Positions 39,489 to 49,558 of a stretch of 64,000 nucleotides of DNA are shown piece by piece (the stretch's first letter is position 1; each line of letters begins with the position of its first letter). The translations under genes were made by a program, and so were the position numbers. The notes under the pieces were generated by a model. It was not told the DNA's origin. It ran no database searches and saw only the letters and a list, made by a program, of their open reading frames with translations. Source of the stretch: a virus (taxonomy: Duplodnaviria > Caudoviricetes); the IMG/VR virus record IMGVR_UViG_3300036821_000136, positions 32,001 through 96,000 of that record; one strand, 5' to 3'.

Positions 39489-41495
39489 GTGACGATGACC
39501 GGGACGACCCCGCTGCCCGTGACCGGCTTCCACCCGACGCACGGCTGGATCGCCGTCGCGGTCGCCGCGCTGTGCGTCGGGCTGGTCGTGAACGTGGTGG
39601 CGGGGCGGGTGCGGCGCGCCAACGGCAAGGAGGGCGGCGCGACGGCGGTCGGGCGGCTGCTGGCCGGGATCGACCTGCACCACGGCCGCGATCACTGGAC
39701 GAACGCGGGGTGGCTGACGCGGCCGGGAGAGGTCACCCTCGTCGGCGCCGGGACCAAGCGGGGGCGGGCGTCGTGGTGGCAGCACCAGAACTACCTGTTC
39801 CGGTCGGTGGTCCGCTCAGGGTGGCTGCCCGTGGCCGCTGCGTGGTTCCTGGCCGGGGCGGAGGCGGCCTGTGCGGCCGCGCTGGCGCTCGGGCTGTTCG
39901 CGTTCTACGTCAGGACCCGCACCCGCCCTGGGTGGCTGTCCGCGGCGTGGATCCCGCGGGTCCGCGGCGAGCACGACGCCGGCCGGGTCGGGCCGCTGGC
40001 TGAGGCGCTGGCCACCGCGACCAACGTCAGCAGCCGGGCGGTCGCCCGCGGGCTGCACTGGCACCCCGATTACGCCCTGTCACAGCCGGGCGATGAGGTG
40101 CTGAGCTGGGATATCCCGCCGGCGTTCAAGGCGGCGGGCGGCGAGCGGCGCACCGTCGAGGACCTGATCGAGTCGCGGGTCGGGTTCGGGCTGCAGGCGT
40201 CGTGGCGGACGTCGCAGGTGCCGCCGGTGCTGGTGATGAGCCGGGCCCGGTCGCTGCCGCCGATCGTGTTCCTGGCCGACGTGCTGGACCGGGTCGACGC
40301 GCTGCCGGCGTCCAAGACCGCGATCGGCCTGGATGACCTCGACCGGCTGGTCTGCTGGGACTGGGGGTGCGAGACCCCGCACGGCGTGATGAACGCCGGG
40401 TCGCGGCACGGCAAGAGCGAGACCAACAAGTGCCTGATCTGCCAGATCCTGCGCAAGGGCGGGTCGGTCACCGCGATCGACGTCAAGGAGATCAGTTTCC
40501 AGGGCCTCGAGGGACTGCCCGGGTTCACCCTGGTCAACGACCCCGGCGACATCCCGGCGATGTGGGAGGCGATCGCCGACTTCGCCGGCGAGCTGAACGT
40601 GCGGCGCGCCGAACGGGCGGCCGGGACGGCAACCAGCTGGCCGGTCAAGCTGCTGATCATCGAGGAGGCCAACCAGTTCGGCGAGATGACCGACGACTGC
40701 TGGGAGGACCTGCCCTGCGTCGACGACATGGAGCCCGAGGAGCGCGAGCTGCTGCGCGGCACCGAGCTGTGGAAGACCAAGGGCGCCAAGAAGACCCCGC
40801 GCGTGTGGCGGCACGTCAAGGCGGTCGCCTGGCAGGGCGCCGCGTTCAACATGCACGTGCTCGTCGACGGCCAGGACATGAAGGATTCGGTCGTCAAGGG
40901 GCTGCGCAACAGCCTCGGGATGCGGCTGCTCGGCGGGTACCTGCCGCAGCAGTGGAAGTTCCTCGTCGGCACCACCCCGGTCCCCGCCGCGCCGGCGGTC
41001 AAGGGCCGGTTCTGCCTGGTGATCGGCAACCAGCAGACGTGGACGCAGGCGATCCTCGCCGACACCGACCCCGACGTCAGCTCGCGGATCTGGCGCGACT
41101 TCGCGCTCAACGGCCGGCCCGACCCCGGCCCCGGCGGCGCCGGTGACAGCCACCGACGACAATTCACCGACGACAGCGTCCCGCCGCTGGTCAGCGCTAC
41201 AAACGGCGACGGCCCGTCACCGGTGACCGGCGACACGGCGATCCCCATGACGCTGCTGTCCATCGTGCGGATCTTCCTGGCCCCCGACGCCGGCGACGAC
41301 GACCAGAAGAAGCTGGCGGCCGCGCTCAAGCAGGACCGGCAGCGGCACGACCGCGGCGCGCTGCCGCCCGGGCTGATCTTCCCCGGCCAGGTCGGCACCG
41401 ACGGGCAGGCCGAGCTGTTCCTGCCCCACCAGGTGATCAAGTTCAACACCGCGCGGCGCGGCCAGCCCGCCGCCAGAAACGGAGGACCGTCATGA
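39489..41495 (+). CDS. FtsK/SpoIIIE-family (TraB-like) DNA translocase
   Basis: N-terminal TMs, TPHGVMNAGSRHGKS (Walker A variant), IDVK, LLIIEEAN (Walker B), MHVLVDGQ, LRNSLGMRLLG and KGR. Confidence 0.8.
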   Translation: MTMTGTTPLPVTGFHPTHGWIAVAVAALCVGLVVNVVAGRVRRANGKEGGATAVGRLLAGIDLHHGRDHWTNAGWLTRPGEVTLVGAGTKRGRASWWQHQNYLFRSVVRSGWLPVAAAWFLAGAEAACAAALALGLFAFYVRTRTRPGWLSAAWIPRVRGEHDAGRVGPLAEALATATNVSSRAVARGLHWHPDYALSQPGDEVLSWDIPPAFKAAGGERRTVEDLIESRVGFGLQASWRTSQVPPVLVMSRARSLPPIVFLADVLDRVDALPASKTAIGLDDLDRLVCWDWGCETPHGVMNAGSRHGKSETNKCLICQILRKGGSVTAIDVKEISFQGLEGLPGFTLVNDPGDIPAMWEAIADFAGELNVRRAERAAGTATSWPVKLLIIEEANQFGEMTDDCWEDLPCVDDMEPEERELLRGTELWKTKGAKKTPRVWRHVKAVAWQGAAFNMHVLVDGQDMKDSVVKGLRNSLGMRLLGGYLPQQWKFLVGTTPVPAAPAVKGRFCLVIGNQQTWTQAILADTDPDVSSRIWRDFALNGRPDPGPGGAGDSHRRQFTDDSVPPLVSATNGDGPSPVTGDTAIPMTLLSIVRIFLAPDAGDDDQKKLAAALKQDRQRHDRGALPPGLIFPGQVGTDGQAELFLPHQVIKFNTARRGQPAARNGGPS

Positions 41496-42973
41496 CGCAG
41501 CTGACCGAGCGGCTGTCCCTGTTCTGGGCGCGGCACCGCCCGTCGCGGGTGCCGGGCCGGTGGCGGCACGGCCCGGCCGCCACCCAGGTCCACAACTGGC
41601 GCAGCGCCCGCACCATCGCCCGCGGCCGGGTGCCCTACTGGCAGCGGGCCACCGCCGCCGCCGGGTCGCGGACCCCGGTCTACCGCAGCCGGATCAACCG
41701 GGCGACCGGCCGCCCGCACCGCGACGACGCGATGATGCGCCGCAGCGGCGACCAGGCGCTCGCCCGGACCCGGGACCGGCACACGCCCCGGCCGCGCCGG
41801 GTGGGCGGCCGGGGCGGACGGTGAGATGATTACGGGCCATGACCAGATTGCTACTGCTGGTAGCCGGCTACGGCGGCGGCATCCTGCTGACCTGGCGCGG
41901 CGACTGGCGGCACGGCCTGGCGATCTTCGCGCTCACCGCCGCCCTGCACTTCCTGTCCGTGCTGGCCTACCCCTGGCACCGCTGCTGGGCATGCCGCGGC
42001 CGCGGCGTGTTCTGGCTCGGCCGCAACCACGGCGACTGCGTGGTGTGCGGCAACCGCCGCCGCTACCCCCGCACCGGCGCCCGGATCCTGACCCCCGGCC
42101 GCGCCCGCAGAATGACCCAGCGAAGGAGAGGACGATGACCCACCCCGCGCACTACGAAATCATCGGCGGCCCCGCGCCGTACCCCGACTCGGCGGCCGCG
42201 CTCAGGGCGGCGGCTACCCGCCGTGACCAGGTCACGGCCAGGCAGGCGGCGGACATGCGCCGGCTATCCGCGGACACGCCCGGTAACGACCCCGACCCCG
42301 CCCGGCGGCAGCGGATGGCCCGCGCCTTCCTGCAGGCGGTCGGCGAAAGCCTCGACGAGGCGTGGCCCGAGCTGATCGCCCGCGCCTGCATATACGCGGG
42401 CATGGGCGCGCCGGTCCCGGGCGCCGACGAGTACGTCGACATGCTCGCCGCGGCGCTCGGCGTCCCGGCCGACGAGGCGCCGTTCGAGCTCGACCAGCTG
42501 ATCCCCGGCGTGCCGGACACGGCCAGGCACGAGGTGACGTCATGAGGGTCCGGATCGGCACCAGCGGGCTGCTGCTGCTGATCGCCCTCGCCGTGATCAT
42601 CCTGATCGCCGGGCTGCGCTGGCTCGGCTCCAACGCCGCCGCGATCCGCGCCGGGGTCGGCACCGGCGTGCTGGTCCTCGTCGTCGCCGGGGTGCTCGGC
42701 CTGGCCGTGCACCTGCTGCTGCAGGCGCACCGCGCCGAGCGGCTGCCCTGGCAGCGGCCCGTCCCGCCGCCCGTCCCGCCGGCCACGATGACCGCCGAGG
42801 TGCTGCCCGCCGCCGCGGCCGAGCTGACCGCCCCGGCGCCGGTCGCCGCGATCGCGCCGGCCCCGGCCGGGGTCACTGTCGTCGTGTCGACCGCGGAGGC
42901 GGCCGAGGCGTTCGCCCGCGGCCTGCACGTCCCGCCGCCGGCTGGCGGGCAGGGCAGCGACGGGAGCCCGTGA
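41492..42973 (+). CDS. Four small genes after the translocase (41492-41824 Arg-rich, 41839-42138 TM+Zn finger, 42135-42545, 42542-42973 membrane)
   Basis: ATGA coupling; TM segments; CxxC..CxxC. Confidence 0.55.
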
Positions 42974-43126
42974 CGACGGCGCGGACCCGGCCGGCGGCGA
43001 CAGCCACTGCCACATCGCCGGCCGGGTCCAGCTGGGACGTCACCCCGGCGGCCTTCCGTGGGGCCGGGGGGCACCACCGGACGCTACCGGGCGCCGCGCC
43101 GCCGCGCCGCCCGAACCGGGGAACTG

Positions 43127-43203
43127 ATGGCGTTTTTGTGACGGCCGCCCCGGCACCTGCCCCGGGCACTGATCCTGATGGCGCTTTGACGCAAAAACGC
43201 CAT
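43127..43203. repeat. 12-bp perfect inverted repeat at the start of the recombinase gene
   Basis: ATGGCGTTTTTG (43127-43138) / CAAAAACGCCAT (43192-43203), with a third partial arm at 43178. Confidence 0.65.
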
Positions 43204-43797
43204 AGGAACGCGCACGCGGGCAGCGAGCGGCCCGCCGAGCCGCTGACCCCCGCCGAGGCCGCCGCGCTGCTCGCCGCCGCGTCCCGCGCCTCCTGGAGCG
43301 GGATCCGCGACCGCGCCATGATCACCGTGCTGTACCGGTCGGGGCTGCGGATCAGCGAGCTGCTCGGCCTGCGGCTGGCCGACCTCGACACCGCGGCGCG
43401 GACGCTGCGGCTTCGGCACACCAAATCCGGCCGGCCGCAGATGCGCGGCTACCACCCCGGCGCCGACGACGCCCTGGAGCTGTGGCTGCAGCTGCGCCGG
43501 CCGATGGGTCCCGGGCCGCTGTTCTGCACCCGGGCGGGCGGCCCGGTCTGGCCGCAGCAGGTCCGCGCGACGCTGGCCCGCCTCGCCGGCCGCGCCGGGA
43601 TCGCCAAGGCGGTCCGGCCGCACGGGCTGCGGCACACCCTGGCCGTCGAGCTGCTGCGCGCCGGGGAGGACATCGCCGTGATCTCCAAGATCCTGGGGCA
43701 CTCGTCGATCGCCACCACGGCGCGCTACCTTGATCACCTGACCAACAGCGCCGCGCTCACCAGGCTCGCCGCGGCCGACCTGCCGCCCCTGGAGTGA
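43186..43797 (+). CDS. Short tyrosine recombinase (catalytic domain only)
   Basis: RDRAM..VLYRSGLRISE, TKSG, HGLRHT, LGHSSIATTARY. Start uncertain (ORF open from 42970). Confidence 0.88.
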   Translation: MTQKRHRNAHAGSERPAEPLTPAEAAALLAAASRASWSGIRDRAMITVLYRSGLRISELLGLRLADLDTAARTLRLRHTKSGRPQMRGYHPGADDALELWLQLRRPMGPGPLFCTRAGGPVWPQQVRATLARLAGRAGIAKAVRPHGLRHTLAVELLRAGEDIAVISKILGHSSIATTARYLDHLTNSAALTRLAAADLPPLE

Positions 43798-44003
43798 GAA
43801 GGGGAACCGCCGGTGATCATCATCATCGCCGAGCACCAAGCCGACATGCGGGAGATCGAGCGCGCGATCGAGCGGGCCGCCGCGGCGGGCCTGTTCGGCG
43901 GCCGCGACTACGCGGTGATGCGGGCGGTGCCCGGCAGGATCCCGGTGTTCGACGCGGCGCGGCGCGACGGCAGTCCCCGGCCGCCGCCGGCCATCATGGG
44001 GCC

Positions 44004-44885
44004 ATGCCTGATATCTCACTGTCCATCGTCCGCGCCGGCAGCCCGCCGCCGTGGGAGGACATCGCCACCGGCGGCCTCCCGTTCACCGATCTCGGCGAGT
44101 CGTGGAAGGTGGCCGTCCTCGAGCGCGGCATGCGCTCGGGTGACCCGTCGGTCGCGCTGCGCCTGGACCTGCCCGACGGGCGGATCCTGATCGCGCAGAC
44201 CAGCGTGGCCGCGTGGATCGCCGCCACCGCCGCGATGCGCGGCGCGTTCCCCGAGGCGTTCGCCGGCGGGCCGCTCGCCGCCGGCCAGCCATGACCGACA
44301 GGCACGCCGCGTACATCGTGGTGCTGGGCAGCGACATCCGCGACGATGACGCCGAGCCCGTGCTGACCGCCCTGCGGATGGTCAAGGGCGTGGCGTCCGT
44401 GGAGCCCGTCATCGCCGATTACCCGTTCGCGGTGGCCCGCACCCGGCGTGACTCCGCGTGGCGGGATGCGCTGTACGGGCTGGCCCGTCAGGGGCCGCCC
44501 GAGACGGGAGACGGTGGCTAGCCGCCGCGACCGGCGGGCCCTGGCAGCGTTCCGCGCGCTGCTGGACCGCCGCCCTACCTGCCCGCCGCCCGCCCGCACG
44601 GCGGGCCGCGCCAGCGACGGGCTGCCCGCGCACTGGCGGGCCTGCGCCGGGCTGTACGCGGCGGCCGCGCCGCGCGCCCTGGCCGCCGGCCCGCTGCTGG
44701 CCGGGATGATGCTCGACCAGGCCGCCCGCGACCGGTACGCCGCCGCGCGGCTGGAGGAGTGGCAGCGGGTCATGTTCCCGGTGCCTGCGGTGCGTGACCG
44801 GGCGGGCGCGGTGCGGTACGGTGGGCGGGCCCGGCCGCGTTTGGGGGACGGTCCGCCGTTCGTGTCGGCCGGGTGCAAGGAATGA
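44004..44885 (+). CDS. Small hypothetical genes (44004-44294, 44291-44521, 44514-44885)
   Basis: Coupled ORFs. Confidence 0.5.
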
Positions 44886-45257
44886 GAACGGCCTTGCGAT
44901 CTGGAGAGGTCACCGGAGCCAAGTCAGGAACGGGCCAATCCGCCGGCCGGGGAACGACAACAGCGTCGACCAGCCCCGCCCGCCGGACCCTGCCCGGCGC
45001 GCACCCCAGACCCCGGTGAACCTCACCGCCCGCCCGGCGGCCCGCAGAGCGATTCTGCGGGGCCGCCCGGCCGGGGGGTAGCCGCTACCCGGCGGCGGCC
45101 GCGTACGGTCCGCAGCGCGTAGCCTGGCGGGCTACGTCCGCCAGTACGCGATCGCCGCCGCGATGACGACGGCGGCCAGGAGGAGCGCGGCGGCGGTCAG
45201 GCCGGCCAGCAGGCCCGTCGCCCACGCGGGCATCAGGCCGCCTCCTTGGCGCACGAG

Positions 45258-45294
45258 AAAAGGCCGGCCCGCCGGGGGGGTGGCGGGCCGGCCT
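45258..45294 (-). terminator. Rho-independent terminator after the lysis cassette
   Basis: 13-bp stem AGGCCGGCCCGCC/GGCGGGCCGGCCT followed by a T-run on the minus strand. Confidence 0.7.
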
Positions 45295-45306
45295 GCTTGC
45301 GGGTGC

Positions 45307-45549
45307 CTACGCCGCCGGCGGCACCGGCGACGGCGGCGGCGGCGGGGGGACGGGCGCCAGGTCCGGGGCGGCCGCGACCGCGGCCGCGGAGCCGGCGTTG
45401 GGCACCTGGTAGATGCCGAGCCCGGTGGCGACCAGGATCCCCATCGCCACGTAGACGTTGGAGCTGCCCCACACCTGCACGGCGACCTCGAGCACGGTCC
45501 CGGCGACGAATACCAGCACCTTGCGGTGCACCGCTATCCACGCCTTCAT
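45307..45549 (-). CDS. Holin (putative)
   Basis: Two TMs, RKVLV...GIYQVPN; lies in the lysis cassette. Confidence 0.7.
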   Translation of the reverse strand: MKAWIAVHRKVLVFVAGTVLEVAVQVWGSSNVYVAMGILVATGLGIYQVPNAGSAAAVAAAPDLAPVPPPPPPSPVPPAA

Positions 45550-46115
45550 GATGCCCCCCACAGCTGCCGGTCGGCCCAGTCCCACCACTGCGCCGGGGTG
45601 GTCTGCCGCTCCGCGCCCGGCTCCGGCGACGCCCACCCGGTCAGCTTGTACAGCATCGCCGCGAGCGAGCTGCACACCACGTGGCCGGGCAGCTCCTTGT
45701 CGTTCCCGCCCCACCGCCACAGCGGGTCGATCGCCTTGGCCAGGTTGTGCAGGCCGATCGACCGGGCGGTGTCCTGGCCGATGCCGACCCAGTCGTAGTC
45801 GATGCCGAGCGACGCGGCGCACGAGGCCAGGAACACCTCCAGCTGCCCGGCGTCGTTGGGCCGCGGCTGGGCGTGGTTGCCGCGGGTCCGCGAGTCGGTC
45901 AGGAACGGGGTGCAGTCGACCGGGCCGACGCCGCCGGGCCGCCCCTCGATGCCCATCCACCGGCCGGCCTGGTCCTGGTGGGTCACGACGATGACGTGGT
46001 TGGCGACGCCCGGGCGGCCGCGCAGCACCGCGCCGATCCGGATCACCGTGCCGAAGAACGAGTTGGACGACCAGACCGCCAGGATCACGCCCGGCTCGAC
46101 CGGGACGGCGGTCAC
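45546..46115 (-). CDS. Permuted papain-like NlpC/P60 (YiiX/YebB-like) protein
   Basis: NHVIVV..IEG..GGV, YDW and VVCSSL, with His before Cys. Confidence 0.65.
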   Translation of the reverse strand: MTAVPVEPGVILAVWSSNSFFGTVIRIGAVLRGRPGVANHVIVVTHQDQAGRWMGIEGRPGGVGPVDCTPFLTDSRTRGNHAQPRPNDAGQLEVFLASCAASLGIDYDWVGIGQDTARSIGLHNLAKAIDPLWRWGGNDKELPGHVVCSSLAAMLYKLTGWASPEPGAERQTTPAQWWDWADRQLWGAS

Positions 46116-47020
46116 CGGGTCACCGGCGCGGTCCAGGTCGCCGCCCACGTCTGCGCGCCGACCTTGCCGTCGACGCCGAGGCCCTTCTCGGCCTGGAACG
46201 CGCGGGCCTTGGCGTCGCAGTCCGGCCCGAACCGGCCGTCCTGGGCGAGCTTCCAGCCGCGGCGGACCATCTGGACCTGCCAGGTGTGCACGTTGGCGTT
46301 GTCCGCGCCGCCGTAGTAGCCCGAATGGCAGTAGCCGCTGGAGGACGGCTGGCCGAGGTAGTGCCCGGCGCCGTAGGGGAACGGCGGCGCCTTGGTGCCC
46401 GGCTTGACGTCGGCCGGGGCGGCCGGCGCGGCGCCGCCGGCCAGCGCCCGGAACTGCGCGATCGTCCCCTTGAACGCGCTGAAGTCGACCCGCTGGCCGT
46501 TGAAGGCGTGCGCGTCGGTCCACTGCCACACCGCCGGGGTCATCCCGCCGTAGGGCGCCCAGCCCTGCCCGGTGTCGGAATAGCCGCTGTACGCCGACGA
46601 CCACAGCGCCATGTGGCGGCTGATCATCGGGCTCAGCGACGGGGAGCCGATCTGCTGCCAGTACCAGTGCGGGAAGTAGAGCAGGTTGCAGACGCCGCCG
46701 GCCTTCCGGTAGGCGTCGATGAACCCGGTGGCGTCGCCCATGCCCGGCCGGGAGGACCCGGTGGGCTCCCAGTCGAGCATCAGCGGCAGCCCGCCGTCGC
46801 GGGCGTTGCACCAGGCGGCCTGCCCGGCCGGGTTCCCGGCGTGCAGGAAGTGGTAGGCGATACCGAGCGCGCCGGCCGCCTTGGCGCGGGCGGCGGCGTC
46901 GGTGAACCACTTGCCGGCCTGCCAGCCGGTGCCCTCGGTGGTCTTCATGGCCACCGCGGGCGCGCCGGACAGGCCGATGCCGCCCTGGAACGGGGAAACG
47001 TCGGGGAAGTGGATCGTCAT
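46112..47020 (-). CDS. Endolysin: GH25 muramidase plus peptidoglycan-binding domain
   Basis: DVSPFQ, KTTEG, AYHF, LDWE, WQWT; DGRFGP...FQ...GL.VDGKVG..TW. Confidence 0.9.
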   Translation of the reverse strand: MTIHFPDVSPFQGGIGLSGAPAVAMKTTEGTGWQAGKWFTDAAARAKAAGALGIAYHFLHAGNPAGQAAWCNARDGGLPLMLDWEPTGSSRPGMGDATGFIDAYRKAGGVCNLLYFPHWYWQQIGSPSLSPMISRHMALWSSAYSGYSDTGQGWAPYGGMTPAVWQWTDAHAFNGQRVDFSAFKGTIAQFRALAGGAAPAAPADVKPGTKAPPFPYGAGHYLGQPSSSGYCHSGYYGGADNANVHTWQVQMVRRGWKLAQDGRFGPDCDAKARAFQAEKGLGVDGKVGAQTWAATWTAPVTR

Positions 47021-47042
47021 CAGGGTCCCTTTCGTGCGGGGG

Positions 47043-47827
47043 TCAGGGGTTGATCGTGCAGGGCGGCGGCGCCGGCGCGACGGTCACGCCGGCGTGCGCG
47101 CCGAGCCGCTGGATCTCGTGCCATTCCGCCGCCACGATCACGCACAGCTGCACGTCGGTGCGGTGCTGGCGGTCGTACAGGTCGTTGATCGCCACGGCAA
47201 TCAGCGCGATGGAGGCGAACCCGAGCAGCGCCAGCACGGCGACGGCGGCCTGGATCCGGCGCAGCCGCCGCCTGCTCAGCTTTTGCGCAGCAGGTGGATG
47301 AGCGCCACGATCCCGATCACCACGAGCGGCAGCACCAGGCCGGTCACGATCGCCAGCGCCGCCTGCCAGATGCGGGTCTTGTGCGCGGTCTCCTCCGTGG
47401 TCTGCTGGTCCAGCCATGCGGCCACGGTCCTTTCCAGCGCGTCGATGCGGGCGCCGACCGCCGCGGTGGTGGCGGTGAACCGGCCCCACGTGACCGGCGC
47501 GTCGTCGCCGCGTCCGTTCGGCACCTGCTACGCGCCGCCCCAGAACTTGCTCGCGTTGTCGCGGTAGTCCAGCACCGGCGGCGCCGCGCCGCCGGTGTAG
47601 GCGGTGTACAGGTCGAAGTGCTGGTCGAGGGCGGCGATCAGCGCGGTCGCGTCGGCCTGCGCCATGCCCAGCCCGTCGGGCTGCGGGTCGGTCAGGAAGG
47701 TCAGCCCGCCCATCGAGTTGATGTAGGACCGCTGGTCCATGATGTTGGTGAACCGGTCGCGGAGCTGGCTGAGGATCGACCCGACGAAAGACAGGTAGGT
47801 CTGCGGGACCGGGACGTTGACGGGCAC
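47043..47827 (-). CDS. Three small genes before the endolysin (47528-47827, 47276-47524 membrane, ~47043-47279 membrane)
   Basis: RBSs and TM segments. The start of the last gene is unclear. Confidence 0.55.
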
Positions 47828-47847
47828 GCGGGCCCTCCCTTCCGGGG

Positions 47848-49545
47848 TCAGTTGACGTTGATCGGGAAGCCGCCGTTGAAGATCATCGCGGTCGCGCCGG
47901 TGATGGTCGGGATGGTGAAGTCCCCGTTGGTGTTGGCCGTGGCGTACCAGTTGCCGACCGCCGTCGCGCCGAACGAGGACATCGGGATGCCGGTGGGGGA
48001 CAGCGGCCGGTAGCCGGCCGGCAGCGTGAACAGCGTCCCGCCCACGATCGCGCCGCCGCCGCTCTTGTTGATCGTGCCGACGATCCACACGATGCCCTCG
48101 GACAGCATCCGGTAGGACACCTTGATCCAGTTCGCCTGGTTGACGTAGGCGGAGGTCAGCGTGGCGGTGTGCCAGCCCTCCTGCTGCGGCGGGTTGGACG
48201 CCGACCCGCCGGTGCCCGGCACCTTGGCGTACATCTGGCCGACGTTGTAGATGCTGACGCCGTTCCAGTCAGCGGACAGCATCAGGTACGAGCCGCTGCC
48301 GACCGAGGGCGCCTGGTTGTAGATGATCTCGCAGCTGGCCGAGCTGGTCCCGTCGGAGGAGTTGAGCTCCAGCCCCACATAGTCGTCGTGCCCGGCGGTG
48401 TTCTTGCGCGGCCCCTGCAGCAGCATCTGGGCGAAGCTGCTGTTGTACACGCCCTGCAGGTAGCCGTCGATCACGCTGGCCTGGTTGAAGTTCACCGCGT
48501 AGACGCCCTGGCCGGAGCTGGTGGTGATCCGCACCTGCACGTTCGGCGCGGTCCCGGCGATCAGGGTCGCGCCCTGGATGGTGGTCCCGTCGACGATCCC
48601 GGCGTACAGGATCCCGGCGGCCATCTGCGCAGCGGTGATCGTGGCCGCCTGGATCTGCGCCGCGGTGATCGTGTTCGCGGCGATCTGCGTCGCCGTGATC
48701 GTGTTGGCCACCATCCGGTCGCCGGTGATCGACGCGGCCGCGATCTGCGCCGCGGTGATCGTGTTCGCCGCGATCAGCGCCGCGGTGATCGCGTTGGCGG
48801 AGATCGCCTGCGTGCCGAAGGTGTAGGGGGTCCAGCCGCTGCTGGTCTGATACTGCGACAGCGCGTTGCCCGCGCTGGTGTTGAACCACAGGTCGCCGGG
48901 GTTCGGCGAGGCCGGCGCCGACGGGGCGAAGCTGACCGCGACGCCGCCGGCGGAGATGGTGAACCCGAGCTGCGCCTGCATGATCGACCCGGCCGGGATC
49001 GCCTGCGCGGCGGTGATCGGGGTCGCCGACGCGGCGGTCGACGGCGCGGAGACGGCGCCGGAGGAGTTGACCGCGACCAGCGCGGCCCAGTATTGGGTGC
49101 CCGCGGTCAGCCCGGGCACGACGACCACGCCGGGCGCGATCATGGTCCGCTGCAGCGTGGCCGCCGACGGGGTGAACCCGGCCCCCGACGGTGACACGTG
49201 CACCTGCACGCAGATGAAGTCGGACAGCGGCGGCGTGCCGCCGAGCTGCCCGTCCCACCCGACGACCAGCCCGCCGATCGCCGCGCTGACCGTCGGCGTG
49301 TCCGGCGCCGCCGGCGGCGGCGCGTTCATGTCCACGACGGTGTTGGTGCCGTCGGGCTGCGCGCCGATCAGCTGCCGGGTGGTGCCCGCCCCGTCGGTGA
49401 CGGTCAGCGCTCCGCCGTCGATCGAGGAGTAGCCGAGCTGCGCGGTGCGCTGCCCGGCCTCCAGCTGGACGATCCGCTTCTGCAGCGCCGCGATCTCGCG
49501 GCCGAGCGCGGCGACCGACGCCGCGGTGATCGTGTCCAGCGTCAA
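47848..49545 (-). CDS. Minor tail protein / tail fibre
   Basis: Coiled coil, FN3-like domain, ITAAQIAAN-type repeats and an FTLPAGYRP receptor-binding-type C-terminus. Confidence 0.8.
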   Translation of the reverse strand: MTLDTITAASVAALGREIAALQKRIVQLEAGQRTAQLGYSSIDGGALTVTDGAGTTRQLIGAQPDGTNTVVDMNAPPPAAPDTPTVSAAIGGLVVGWDGQLGGTPPLSDFICVQVHVSPSGAGFTPSAATLQRTMIAPGVVVVPGLTAGTQYWAALVAVNSSGAVSAPSTAASATPITAAQAIPAGSIMQAQLGFTISAGGVAVSFAPSAPASPNPGDLWFNTSAGNALSQYQTSSGWTPYTFGTQAISANAITAALIAANTITAAQIAAASITGDRMVANTITATQIAANTITAAQIQAATITAAQMAAGILYAGIVDGTTIQGATLIAGTAPNVQVRITTSSGQGVYAVNFNQASVIDGYLQGVYNSSFAQMLLQGPRKNTAGHDDYVGLELNSSDGTSSASCEIIYNQAPSVGSGSYLMLSADWNGVSIYNVGQMYAKVPGTGGSASNPPQQEGWHTATLTSAYVNQANWIKVSYRMLSEGIVWIVGTINKSGGGAIVGGTLFTLPAGYRPLSPTGIPMSSFGATAVGNWYATANTNGDFTIPTITGATAMIFNGGFPINVN

Positions 49546-49558
49546 CCCGCCCTCCCGG

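Noticed and set aside
42970-43797. Tyrosine recombinase as the prophage integrase
   Set aside because: It lacks N-terminal arm/core-binding domains, and no attP/tRNA-like core is recognisable nearby.
48630-48810. Tandem ~30-bp repeats in the minor tail gene as DGR or VNTR
   Set aside because: They encode ordinary ITAAQIAAN-type tail repeats, and no reverse transcriptase is visible.
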